Source: Chiloscyllium plagiosum (taxonomy: Eukaryota). Taken from it: DNA of 64,000 nucleotides. The notes beneath the pieces are model-generated. The model worked only from the letters and a program-made list of their open reading frames with translations. It was not told the DNA's origin and made no database searches. Made by a program: the position numbers and the translations under genes. Positions within the stretch are counted from its first letter, which is position 1, and the number at the start of each line of letters is the position of its first letter. Where the stretch lies: positions 102,416,124-102,480,123 of the forward strand of contig NC_057713.1 of the NCBI RefSeq assembly GCF_004010195.1. The letters are read 5' to 3'. Of this stretch, positions 1 through 10,497 are shown piece by piece.

Positions 1-776
1 AATATGAGTTCTCTGATTGGGGCTGTAAATCTGGTCCAATCATGGAATTCTGGCTAGTAGGTATTAACAAGAGTATCAGAGGTTCTGTTCACTCTGAAAC
101 CTGGCTCTGAAAAAGCTGGGTCAGTGTCAAGTACTATGCACATGTAAATATTGGGAGATTTGGTGTTGGGAAATGGCTTCTGTGGAGTTATATCAGTGGG
201 CATGGAAAATATGTTTCTTCTTGTGGTTAAGTCCAGAACTAGAAGTCACTGTTTTAAAATTAGGGATTGCCCTTTTAAGACAGATGAGGAGAATTATTTG
301 TAGACAGTTGTGCTACTTTCTCTGCCTCAGAAGGCAATGGAGTTGGGGTAATTAAATTTTGTTAAGGCAGAGAGTGTTGTAGGTAAGGGAATCAAAGGTT
401 ACTGGGTGTAGACAGGGTTGTGAAATTTGAGACACCAACCAATCAGCCATGATTTTATTGGATGGGAGGGCAAACTTGACAAGCTGAATGGTTTAGTTGT
501 GCTTTTATGTTTGTTTGTTTCAACTGTTCTAAAGAGGAATAAATGTATAATGATTTGCAAAAGAATGACAATGAGAAAAGAATTACATAGCAAGTGGCTG
601 TGATCTGAAATATGCAAAGATGGTGAAAGCAGATTCAAAAGTAACTTCCAAAATAACTACTTGAAAGAAAAACAAAGTCAAAGGTGCATGGGGGAAAGAG
701 AAAGGAAATGGGATTAGTCAGATATATTTAAAATTCAGACAGCACAGAACAGTGGACTGAATGGCCTCATTCTATG

Positions 777-1726
777 GGGTAAAAACAATGACTACAGATG
801 CTGGAAACCAGATTCTGGATCAATGGTGCTGGAAGAGCACAGCAATTCAGGCAGCATCGAGGAGCTTCAGCAAAATCGACGTTTCGGGCAAAAGCCCTTC
901 ATCAGGANNNNNNNNNNNNNNNNNNNNNNNNNNNNNNNNNNNNNNNNNNNNNNNNNNNNNNNNNNNNNNNNNNNNNNNNNNNNNNNNNNNNNNNNNNNNN
1001 NNNNNNNNNNNNNNNNNNNNNNNNNNNNNNNNNNNNNNNNNNNNNNNNNNNNNNNNNNNNNNNNNNNNNNNNNNNNNNNNNNNNNNNNNNNNNNNNNNNN
1101 NNNNNNNNNNNNNNNNNNNNNNNNNNNNNNNNNNNNNNNNNNNNNNNNNNNNNNNNNNNNNNNNNNNNNNNNNNNNNNNNNNNNNNNNNNNNNNNNNNNN
1201 NNNNNNNNNNNNNNNNNNNNNNNNNNNNNNNNNNNNNNNNNNNNNNNNNNNNNNNNNNNNNNNNNNNNNNNNNNNNNNNNNNNNNNNNNNNNNNNNNNNN
1301 NNNNNNNNNNNNNNNNNNNNNNNNNNNNNNNNNNNNNNNNNNNNNNNNNNNNNNNNNNNNNNNNNNNNNNNNNNNNNNNNNNNNNNNNNNNNNNNNNNNN
1401 NNNNNNNNNNNNNNNNNNNNNNNNNNNNNNNNGTTATGGTTGGAGGGGTGGGGTCTGAGGGCGGAGGTGCGGGATGTGGACGAGATGCATTGGAGTGCAC
1501 CTTTAACCACGTGGGAAGGGAAATTGCGGTCTCTAAAGAAGGAGACCATCTGGTGTGTTCTGTGGTGGAACTGGTCCTCCTGGGAGCAGAAACGGCGGAG
1601 GCGGAGGAATTGGGAATACGGAATGGCATTTTTGCAAGAGATAGGGTGGGAAGAGGTGTAATCCAGGTAACTGTGGGAGTCGGTGGGTTTGTAAAAAATG
1701 TCGATGCTGCCTGAATTGCTGTGCTC
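777..1726 (-). mobile_element. 5'-truncated Penelope-like element (RT thumb fragment plus terminal repeat with hammerhead core), spans an assembly gap
   Basis: Minus strand encodes DIFYKPTDSHSYLDYTSSHPISCKNAIPYSQFLRLRRFCS, a PLE RT C-terminal motif. 1701-1726 is an inverted copy of about 835-860. A 15-bp direct repeat TGGCCTCATTCTATG lies at 762-776 and 1727-1741 (TSD). Confidence 0.85.
908..1432. other. Assembly gap (N run)
   Basis: Run of N; ORFs that cross it are artefacts. Confidence 1.
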
Positions 1727-1789
1727 TGGCCTCATTCTATGTTCGTTGTTCCAGGATTGGTCAATTAATTATAATCTGTAATATCAACT

Positions 1790-2320
1790 GACCAACCTCA
1801 CCTCCCCTCACAAAACCAGACACTCTCATATACTCCCAGTCCCCAGCAACTCACTTCCCACCAACACCACAAATTCTCCCAACATCCACAGCCCATGCAC
1901 TAGCAGGCAAAGCCCCAACCACAACCCCTCAGCCACCATTCTCCCCACATTCCCACCACCAAACAACTACTACTACTACCACCATCACCACTCCATCAAT
2001 CCACGACTATCCAACCACAAACCCGCCAACCTCAACACCCCACTAATCCCACCCACCAATCACTCCACATTCTGTCATCCCGATGCACTCCGTAACTTCC
2101 TCCCCCAACGTCAGTATGCCATACCACACCCAACTAGTCACGACCAACCCCCTATAACACCACCCCACATTTGGTACCAAATCTTACTCCCATCACCAAC
2201 ACACCAACATTCTCACTCCCATCACCACTACAACCCCCTCAACCCATATCCCCTATCACAACCCCTGAAACCCTGCTTCTTAAGACAAGTCCCTGAAACC
2301 TAACCTCATTCCCCGGCAAA
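1790..2320. repeat. C/A-rich low-complexity tract
   Basis: Strong strand bias (ccacca, caaccc) without a clean period. Confidence 0.6.
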
Positions 2321-2551
2321 TGCACTCTCAGTTATACTGTGCATAATAGTCTCCCTTCTAGTCATCAAAAATATTGGCACTAAATAGTGCAATTACCAAA
2401 TGTAAGCATGAAAAATAACCTTTCATTCCAATCCTCCCCCATATTCATGACCAGTTTTAATAACTATTCTACCTACTGCTCTTCATTGTTGGCAAGTTAA
2501 CTTATTCCATTTCTCAGTATTGCTTTTATCTACTCTTTTTTTTAAACTTAC

Positions 2552-2702
2552 GAGACAAATTTGCCAACTTCTACTTGCAATATTGGATCCTGCAGTTGAA
2601 GCTCTAGGATTAATTCTTCTGGATGAAGTGCTGCTCCAGGTTTAGCAGGCTGTGGAGAATAGATACGCAGAATTCCCTTATAACTGCCAACAATAATTTT
2701 GT
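2552..2702 (-). CDS. BBS9: BBS9 (PTHB1) coding exon (exon 3)
   Basis: 151-nt exon with AG/GT borders. Encodes (D)KIIVGSYKGILRIYSPQPAKPGAALHPEELILELQLQDPILQVEVGKFVS, matching the vertebrate BBS9 N-terminal beta-propeller. The gene continues left of the window. Confidence 0.96.
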
Positions 2703-3121
2703 CTGGAAACAGCAAAAAAGAATAAATTTAATGACATTGTTTGTTTGAATAGATCATGAAGTATAAACACATCTGCAAATAATTCTACAATCACAAGACA
2801 TATTAGTTTGCAAAATCAATTTATTTTTGACCTAGGATTTACAAGGTACAATTTATCCAAGATGAGGCAATGTAAAATCACAAGCATCCTGTAGATTGAA
2901 ATAATGATGTGAAATATTGCAAAGGTTTCAGATACTGTTTAGCATACAGGTTTAACCCAATCTTGATGTACAGTTCCCTTAATTAGCATTATTTACGGCA
3001 TTAAGATAAAGTGATTGTTTCATTTTGTTTGATCTAGATAGGTGAATTCAGAATTCAAAAGCGATGGCGCTTATCTGGATGCTTCATTCACCTATCCTTT
3101 CTCTAGGACACTAGGAGCATC

Positions 3122-3264
3122 ATAGCACAATATATATTTTCCTTGAATTGCCTAGATTAAATGTGATCTGATTGTAAATTCAATGTGCTATGATAGCACA
3201 ATATATATTTTCCTTGAATTGCCTAGATTAAATGTGATCTGATTGTAAATTCAATGTGCTATGA
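3122..3264. repeat. Tandem duplication, 2 x 71 bp
   Basis: ATAGCACAATATATATTTTCC...CAATGTGCTATG starts at 3122 and again at 3193. Confidence 0.9.
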
Positions 3265-3500
3265 TACAGCACCTACAGTTTGCTCCACTCATCACAAACA
3301 ATTTGGGAAAGAGAGGGTTGGAACATGACAGTGGCAATTACTGGATGCAATGACAACTTAAAGGCCTTTGTAAAAAAACATTGATGATGAATTCTATAAT
3401 TGATAAATATCAAAATTAAGGAATGCATTTTTTGGGCTGCCTAACTAAATTATTTAATTAAGCTGGGGGAGGAAATATTGTTGGTCTCAATCATACTTAC

Positions 3501-3606
3501 CATTTCCACTGTTGTCAATATCAGCCACACACAAGCATCCTTGATCAAATTCTTCCTGCTCTCCTACAATTGTGGACCACCAGTCTCGAGCTTTAAATAA
3601 AGACAT
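3501..3606 (-). CDS. BBS9: BBS9 first coding exon (exon 2; exon spans 3501-3617)
   Basis: ATG at 3606 gives MSLFKARDWWSTIVGEQEEFDQGCLCVADIDNSGN, the canonical BBS9 N-terminus. Acceptor CAG before 3617, donor GTAAGT after 3501; phase is compatible with the next exon. Confidence 0.97.
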
Positions 3607-3759
3607 CTTCCTTCAACCTGAAACTACCAAAATAATGAAATGCTCAGACTACTGATACACAATGCTGTCTTCACAACAGTCTCAAGAAGATACTAGAACT
3701 TAAATATTAGCACTCGAGGTAAAGACCCTCTCCTAGTTTGCTCATCCTGTATTAATATT

Positions 3760-4279
3760 GATTCGAAGATGCCGGTGTTGGACAGGGGTGTACAAAGTTA
3801 AAAATCACACAACACCAGGTTATCGTCCAACAGGTTTAATTGGAAGCACACTAGCTTTCGGAGCGACGCTCCTTCATCAGGTGATTGTGGAGGGCTCGAT
3901 CGTAACACAGAATTTATAGCAAAAATTTGCAGTGTGATGTAACTGAAATTATACATTGAAGAATTGATTGTCTGTTAAGCCTTTCATCTGTTAGAATACA
4001 GCTAACCCGAGAATGCAACTTTTAAAAAAGGGTTTTGTGATTTACACATGAAAGAAGTGAAACTATCAAAGTATTCTAACAGATGAAAGGCTTAACAGAC
4101 AATCAATTCTTCAATGTATAATTTCAGTTACATCACACTGCAAATTTTTGCTATAAATTCTGTGTTACGATCGAGCCCTCCACAATCACCTGATGAAGGA
4201 GCGTCGCTCCGAAAGCTAGTGTGCTTCCAATTAAACCTGTTGGACTATAACCTGATGTTGTGTGATTTTTAACTTTGTA
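3760..4279. mobile_element. Fold-back (long inverted repeat) Penelope-derived element with a hammerhead core in each arm
   Basis: About 3790-3999 is the reverse complement of about 4071-4279. CCTGATGAAGGAGCGTCGCTCCGAAAGCTAG is on the plus strand at about 4189-4219 and on the minus strand at about 3851-3881. Flanking direct repeat TGTATTAATATT at 3748-3759 and 4276-4287. Confidence 0.8.
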
Positions 4280-4339
4280 TTAATATTCAGCATCCTCAGG
4301 TGAAAGAGTAAAACACCCTACATTCTATCTCAAAAATCA

Positions 4340-4700
4340 AAAAACAAATAAAACTAGACATACCACCAAGCATTGACCTAGACAACAGAAATGACAAGGA
4401 CTTACCTTCCCACTCAATGCTGCAAAGCCTTCCTCATTAACATTTGGAGACATATGCCAAAATTGGAAGAGCTGTCCAAAGAGACTTTTGCAACAACATA
4501 ACATTGATTTTAAGATCTGATGATGACAATGTCCCAAATAGACTCTTCCATCACCGGATATGCCATACTCCAGGTATACTGTTAGGACAGAATGCCCGGG
4601 AGTCCTCAACACCTACTCCAGACCCCAAGAAGTCTCATAGCATCAAGTTAAACATGGGCAAAGATACTTCTTGCTGATTACCATCTACTGTCTCCCATTA
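4340..4700 (+). mobile_element. Degraded retroelement fragment (probably Penelope-like)
   Basis: Broken ORF ETYAKIGRAVQ... resembling recurrent shark repeat sequence; family assignment is tentative. Confidence 0.35.
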
Positions 4701-5189
4701 CCTGCTGAACCACACAACTCTTGAAGAGGCACAAAGAGTAAAACGGGCACAAATATACTTTGGGTGTTGGATTTTAATGTCCATTAACACAAGTGACTTG
4801 GAACACTACTATTCACCAAATTAGTCCTTAGGACATTTCTGCCAAACCGGGTCTGCAGAAGTTGACAAGGGGATCAAGAAGGAACAATCTATCTGGCCTA
4901 GACATTACCAATTTACCTGTCACAAATACTTGACATTATTGCTTGGAGATCTGGTCAAGTAAAACTCCCACCTTCACAGATGACACACTTCATTCTTCTG
5001 TTCTGTGTTCAATGGGACATGCAGGGTCTACAAAGCCTTCCTACTCTAATTTACCAAGGGGAAAATTAATATGAAGGAACAAAACAAAATTGATAATGTA
5101 GTGCATACTCAAATTAGCTTTGTGTGTCTTTTCCACTCAAGCCAGAATGAATATGTTGGAGGCTTTTTTTTCCAAATTCATTTATTGGA

Positions 5190-6040
5190 GACTTTTTTTA
5201 TTGCATTGTATTCATAATTGGCTGCACAAGTTGGTGAGCTGCTGCAATCCTTGGGATGTAGGGGTAACCACAATGCTGTTAGGAACGAAGTTTTAGAATT
5301 TGACTCAATTACAGTGAAGGAATGAAGCTATACTTGCAGGTCAGGGTGATGTGGCTTGGAGGAGAATTGCAAATGGTGGTCTCATGTACCTGCTGTCCTT
5401 CTCCAGCTAGATGGTTAAGGTTGCAGTTTGGAAGGTGCATTTACAAGAGCCTTAGTGAGTTACTGCAATACATTTTACAGATGGTACACACTGCTGGCAC
5501 TGTTTCGGTGGTGGAAGGAATAAATGTCGAAGGTGGTGGTTTGCATGCCAATCAAGAAGGCTGATTTATCCTTGATGGTGTCAAACCTCTTGGATATTGT
5601 TGAAGTTGTACTCATTCAGGAAAGTGAGAAGTATTGTTTTGTGGATGGTAAACAGGTAGTGCATTACTTGCCATAAAATTTCAAGCATCTGGCGTGCTCA
5701 CAGGATTTATATAGCTAGATAATAACCTCAGGAAGCTGATTGTAGGGGACTCAGTGATATCAACACTATTAAACATCAGTGGGCAATTGTTGGATTCACT
5801 CCTATTGGAGATAGTCATTGCTTGGCATGATTGTTACTTGACACTCATCAGCCCAAGCCTAGGTGCTGTCTTAAGTTTTGTTGCCTCTGGACACAGAGTG
5901 CTTCAAGTTTCTCAGGAGTGGTGAATATTGTTGGACATTATAAATCGTCATCTAACACTTCCACTTCTGACTCCATGATGGAGGGGAGGTAATTGATTAA
6001 GCTGCCAAACCTAGTTGGACCTTGGACATTACCCTTTGCA
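5190..6040 (-). mobile_element. Old non-LTR retrotransposon (LINE RT) fragment
   Basis: Degenerate LINE-like sequence with no intact ORF. Confidence 0.45.
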
Positions 6041-6151
6041 TGATGCTCGAGGGCTGATTGGAATTAATCAACCTCTGTTGTTTTCCTCTTCAGCCTGTGC
6101 CTTGTTCCTCCAATAATTCCTTCCATGTATTTTTAGTTTATCGTTTCTCCA

Positions 6152-6526
6152 CATTAGATTCCATACAGTGTGGAAACAGGTCCTTCAGCCCAACATGTCC
6201 ACACTGACCCTCCGAAGAGTAACCCACCAAGAACCATTCCTCTCTGACTAAAGGGCAATTTAGACCTGCACATCTTTGGGAGGAAACCAGAGCACACGGA
6301 GGAAACCCACGCAGACACAGGGAGAATGTGCAAACTCCACACAGACAGTCTAAAGGGCAATTTAGACCTGCACATCTTTGGGAGGAAACCAGAGCACACG
6401 GAGGAAACCCACGCAGACACAGGGAGAATGTGCAAACTCCACACAGACAGTCACCTGAGGCTGGAATCGAACCTAGAACCCTGGTGCTGTGAGACAGCAG
6501 TGCTAACCACTGAGCCACCATGCCAC
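6152..6526 (-). mobile_element. tRNA-derived V-SINE (HE1-like) with an internal ~102-bp tandem duplication
   Basis: Minus strand begins GTGGCATGGTGGCTCAGTGGTTAGCACTGCTG (A box) ... GGTTCGATTCC (B box), followed by the V-domain TGTGTGGAGTTTGCACATTCTCCC. About 6249-6350 is repeated at about 6351-6452. Confidence 0.9.
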
Positions 6527-6532
6527 TCCAAA

Positions 6533-7376
6533 ATTAAAAATCACACACCAGGTTATACTCCAACAGGTTTAATTGGAAGCACACTAGCTTTCGGAGCGAT
6601 GCTCCTTTATCAGGTGATTGTGGAGTGCTCGATCATAACACAGAATTTATAGCAAAAATTTGCAGTGTGATGTACCTGAAATTATACATTGAAAAATTGG
6701 TTGTCTGTTAAGCCTTTCATCTGTTAAAATACAGTGACAGTTTCACTTCTTTCATGTGCAAATCACAAAACCCTTTTTTTAAGTTGCATTCTCGGGTTAG
6801 CTGTTAACAATGGTGATAGCTAGACAATATGTTGAAGAAGGTGTTAGCCCCCTGTGTTCTCTGTCTATGACCTGATGTTTAGGTTGATTCTAATCTAAAA
6901 AGTGAGATAACAGAGTTTTACATAAATTGAGCGAGCTCAAAAACTGCATGAATTTATGTAAAACTCTGTTATCTCACTTTTTAGATTAGAATCAATCTAA
7001 ACATCAGGTCATAGACAGAGAACACAGGGGGCTAACACCTTCAACATATTGTCTAGCTATCACCATTGTTAACAGCTAATCCGAGAATGCAACTTTAAAA
7101 AAAAGGGTTTTGTGATTTACACATGAGAGAAGTGAAACTATCACTGTATTCTAAAAGATGAAAGGCTTAACAGACAAATGTATAATTTCAGTTACATCAC
7201 ACTGCAAATTTTTGCTATAAATTCTGTTATGATCGAGCCCTCCACAATCACCTGATGAAGGAGCATCGCTCCGAAAGCCAGTGTGCTTCCAATTAAACCT
7301 GTTGGACAATAACCTGGTGTTATGTGATTTTTAACTTTGTACACCCCAGTCTAACACCAGCATCTCCAAATCATGG
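6533..7376. mobile_element. Fold-back Penelope-derived element, ~400-bp arms, same family as 3760-4279
   Basis: About 6533-6928 is the reverse complement of about 6950-7335. Hammerhead cores at about 7251-7280 (+) and 6585-6615 (-, mutated). Confidence 0.85.
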
Positions 7377-8195
7377 CTCCAAACTTAGCAAGGGTTTAAC
7401 TCATTTTGCCACGTTTACAAGATGTTACAGATTGTGACATAGATATTTATTTCCCTCAAAAAACAAACATCCAAATCACTGCGTGGGTTTGAAGATACAA
7501 CCGAAGTAATGCTGCATGCGACAACAAATACACAGCAGCTGAGCTTATCCCTTCGGATAACGGGGACTGACGTACAGCCTAAATCAGCTTTGCAGTCTCA
7601 GCCTGAAGATGAAGCAGCAGAGGCTCTCCTCGGATTGTTTCGAATTAATGTGGAATGCTTCCCCGGCAGATGACAGTCGAGGATGAATGCTCATGAAACT
7701 TATTTCACAGCCTCATTTCATTCAGCCGATGTTAAGAATATATCAGTAATTTGAAACTCTTCTATTATTCAGAAACGAAGGGCCCAAGAGTGAGAAGAAC
7801 TCAATAACCTGCACCGAGGTTCGACTCTGCAAATTCACACACACTGAGCAAGCATGACATTCACTGGCCTCGCAGCCTCCTGCCATGGGCATCGGGGAGG
7901 TGGGTATAGGTCTGATTGGAGTTAGAGAAGCAGGATGGGGTCTGGTTGGGATGGGAAATGGAATCGGTTTGGGGACGGCATGTTCCCAGTGTAGAGATGT
8001 CCTGATCCAGAGGGAGGGGAATTGGGATTCGGTCCAGTGGGGAATCTGATTCTGAGTCTAGGGGTTGGTGGCGATCGTGACGGCCAGGAGACTGGGCTTG
8101 CTAGGTCAGCCTGGTCCAAGGTGAGAGGTTTCCGTTCCGGAAGGAAGGAAACGGAGAGTGCAGGGGTCGCTCAGGCCCGAGGATCAGTCACTTAC

Positions 8196-8260
8196 CCGCT
8201 GCCCGCTCCGCCGTTGTCATAGCGCCGCCGCGAGAGACGCTCTGATGGCGGCGCAAGAAC
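8196..8260 (-). other. BBS9: BBS9 exon 1 (5' UTR); upstream boundary approximate
   Basis: GC/CpG-rich segment ending in GCGG|GTAAGT on the minus strand (donor at 8190-8195), upstream of the ATG exon. Confidence 0.75.
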
Positions 8261-8320
8261 GGAAGTTCCTGGCGCCTTGGCAGCAAGGTCTGATGGGAAA
8301 TGTAGTTCTTTGTTGCCGAG
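8200..8320. promoter_or_regulatory. BBS9 CpG-rich promoter: RFX X-box-like, YY1, ETS and ZNF143/THAP11-like motifs
   Basis: GTTGTCATAGCGCC (X-box-like, about 8213-8226), GATGGCGGCG (YY1), CGGAAGT (ETS), GCGCCTTGGCAGC (second X-box-like) and GGGAAATGTAGTTC (reverse ACTACATTTCCC). RFX control of BBS genes is established. Confidence 0.7.
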
Positions 8321-8341
8321 TTTCTGCAAAACTTCCTTAAG

Positions 8342-8535
8342 ACATGATTTGGAGTTGCCGGTGTTGCTCTGGGGTGTACAAAGTTAAAAATCACACAACA
8401 CCAGGATTTAGTCCAACAGGTTTAATTGGAAGCACTAGCTCCGAAAGTTCTGATGAAGTCATCTAGATAGGAAACGTTAAGTTGCTCTCTCTCTCCATGG
8501 AGACCAGTTATGATCTCAAGCATTTGTTGTTTACA
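8342..8535 (+). mobile_element. Two fused Penelope-type terminal-repeat fragments
   Basis: 8342-8445 matches the start of the 3760 element. CTGATGAAGTCATCTAGATAGGAAACGTTA (about 8450-8479) is a degenerate hammerhead-like core of another family. Confidence 0.6.
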
Positions 8536-8577
8536 GTTAAGACACCGTCCATTCTCTTCCATGCAGGGACCTCAGTG

Positions 8578-8790
8578 TCAACTTTTCACGCAGAGGGTGG
8601 TGCATGTACGGAATGAGTTGCCAGAGGAAGTGGTAGAGGCTGGTACAATTACAGCATTTAAAAGGCATCTGGATGGGTATATGAATAGGAAGGGATTGGA
8701 CGGATATGGGCCAAGAGTGGCAACTGGGACTTGACTAATTTATGATATCTGGTCAGCATGGACGAGTTGGATTGAAGGGTATGTTTCCAA
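8578..8790 (+). mobile_element. CR1 LINE 3' end fragment
   Basis: [33 protein letters not shown], the CR1 ORF2 C-terminus. Confidence 0.9.
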
Positions 8791-8941
8791 TCTTTATATT
8801 TCAGACCTATACCCACCTCCCCGATGCCCATGGCAGGAGGCTGCGAGGCCAGTGAATGTCATGCTTGCTCAGTGTGTGTGAATTTGCAGAGACAGAATTT
8901 GTAGTCATAGAGATATCATATGCTAAAATGGTTATAGTGTG

Positions 8942-9480
8942 TGTGGGAGGTTAGAAATGTAGTTTCTGCAGGTGGGGGAGGGGAAGGGGAACATTATACA
9001 AACGATCGCGGACTTCTTGTAGCATGTCGCATACTTAAGGCTAAGACTTTAATGAATATAGAGGGTCTTTTAAAGAAAATAGTTTTAAGCTAGGAAATAA
9101 CTATGAAGGGTTGTAGCTGACCATAAAAAGAAGCAGCAGGGGCATTTCACAATAAAGCTTATGGTATGATAAGAGAAACTGGATAAAAGAACAAGCTGTA
9201 GCAAACAAGAAACAAAGAATGCAGACATACAATGACGGCAGGATGGCCAGGTAAGAAAATAACTAGAGAAAAAAACAAGTGAGGTAATCAGCTTATGATA
9301 GGATGGGAAAAGGGAGGCATGATTCCACAACTTGTAAACTGAATAAGAATGCTAACATGCTCTGTTTTTGCATGCATTTCTACTTGATTGCAGAAGCGTC
9401 CGGTACTTGCAAAGCTGTAATAAATTTTTCTTGTTTCCAAGGCTTTGTCTCAGGCTGATTTGTGACGTCTGTTTCCCACA
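8942..9480 (+). repeat. ERV 5' LTR
   Basis: TGTGGGA...TCCCACA terminal inverted repeats; AATAAA near 9419; direct repeat of 14160-14670. Confidence 0.95.
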
Positions 9481-9482
9481 AT

Positions 9483-9500
9483 TGGGGGCTCGTCTGGGAT
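9483..9500 (+). promoter_or_regulatory. Primer binding site, tRNA-Pro
   Basis: TGGGGGCTCGTCTGGGAT lies 2 nt after the LTR, one mismatch from the MLV PBS-Pro TGGGGGCTCGTCCGGGAT. Confidence 0.93.
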
Positions 9501-10497
9501 CCAAACCGCCGACCGCCCGACACTCTTGGGACGACGGGGGAGGTGCACCTCTCCAATTTCGGTCATCTCCGACTCTGTTGCTTGTCGTTCGCGGTTTGGG
9601 CGAGTACGATCTGGACTGGGAGACCCTAAAAACAAGGTGGGCAGACGCGGCAGGTTCAGTCGGGCAACTCTTGTGCACAAGACCCAGGTAGGGAAAGGTC
9701 TTAAAGGATATATCCGAGCGACCGGAGGCAGCGGTATTTGCTGCAGGAATTGCCGCGGGATGGGGCGCACCAACACAACCAGATAACTCTGTGCACAGAC
9801 CAAGGTAAGAAAAGAGACTTTTAAGTATTGCCTTGGTGGTCGGGACGTATGAAAGTACGGGGAATTTTGCGATATATAAAATAAAGCATATGTCAATGGA
9901 AAACAGCCCATGTCAGAAGGGCTAGTAGCTGAAGGGCTACTGAGGGTGCACTTCATAACTAGCTTATGGCCAGACGTCCAGAAGAATATTCAAAAGCTAG
10001 AGGAGTCGTTGCGGGAAGCTCAAAGTGTCTGTGAGATACGATGTCTGTGTGTGTGTGAGAGAGAGGGAGAGAGAGAAAAGAGCTGTACAGCTAGTAGAAA
10101 GTTTAACCCTTTGTGATTCAGTTTGAATGCACATTTGTTTGTTGGTGATTGAGTGTTTGTGCTTTGTTCCCTGGAGCTTGAGATCTGGGACTGTTTTGAA
10201 TCTGATTTCTACTATGGAAATTTTAACATGATTTCTTTTAAGGTTAAGGATTTTACAGATTATGAAATAAAATGTTAACTCCTGTTCTTTTTACAGGTCA
10301 TGACTGCCTTACTATCAGTTTCTAACTAATCTCTTTTATCCTTACATGAAAGTAATTTATGGAGAACAGTTGAAGTCTCAAAAAAACCATATAATTGGTC
10401 AGATTAATCGGACAAGTAAGGTGTCCAGTCAGGACCCTGAAGGGGGTGTGGAAGAAGGTGACACCAGACCTCGTTAAGATTAATTAAATTATCAACA

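Noticed and set aside
761-1735. Long ORFs of 211-317 aa
   Set aside because: They are open only because they cross the N gap; the real coding part is a Penelope RT fragment.
1790-2320. Telomere-like or coding repeat
   Set aside because: No regular TTAGGG/CCCTAA period and no ORF; treated as low-complexity sequence.
3122-6452. CRISPR-like direct repeats
   Set aside because: Eukaryotic context; these are simple two-unit tandem duplications without spacers.
6152-6526. tRNA genes at SINE heads (also 28922, 36385, 41385, 58586)
   Set aside because: A and B boxes are followed by SINE bodies and tails, with no full cloverleaf.
8188-8394. 68-aa ORF at the BBS9 promoter as a separate gene
   Set aside because: It begins in a repeat fragment; only the short uORF in BBS9 exon 1 is supported.
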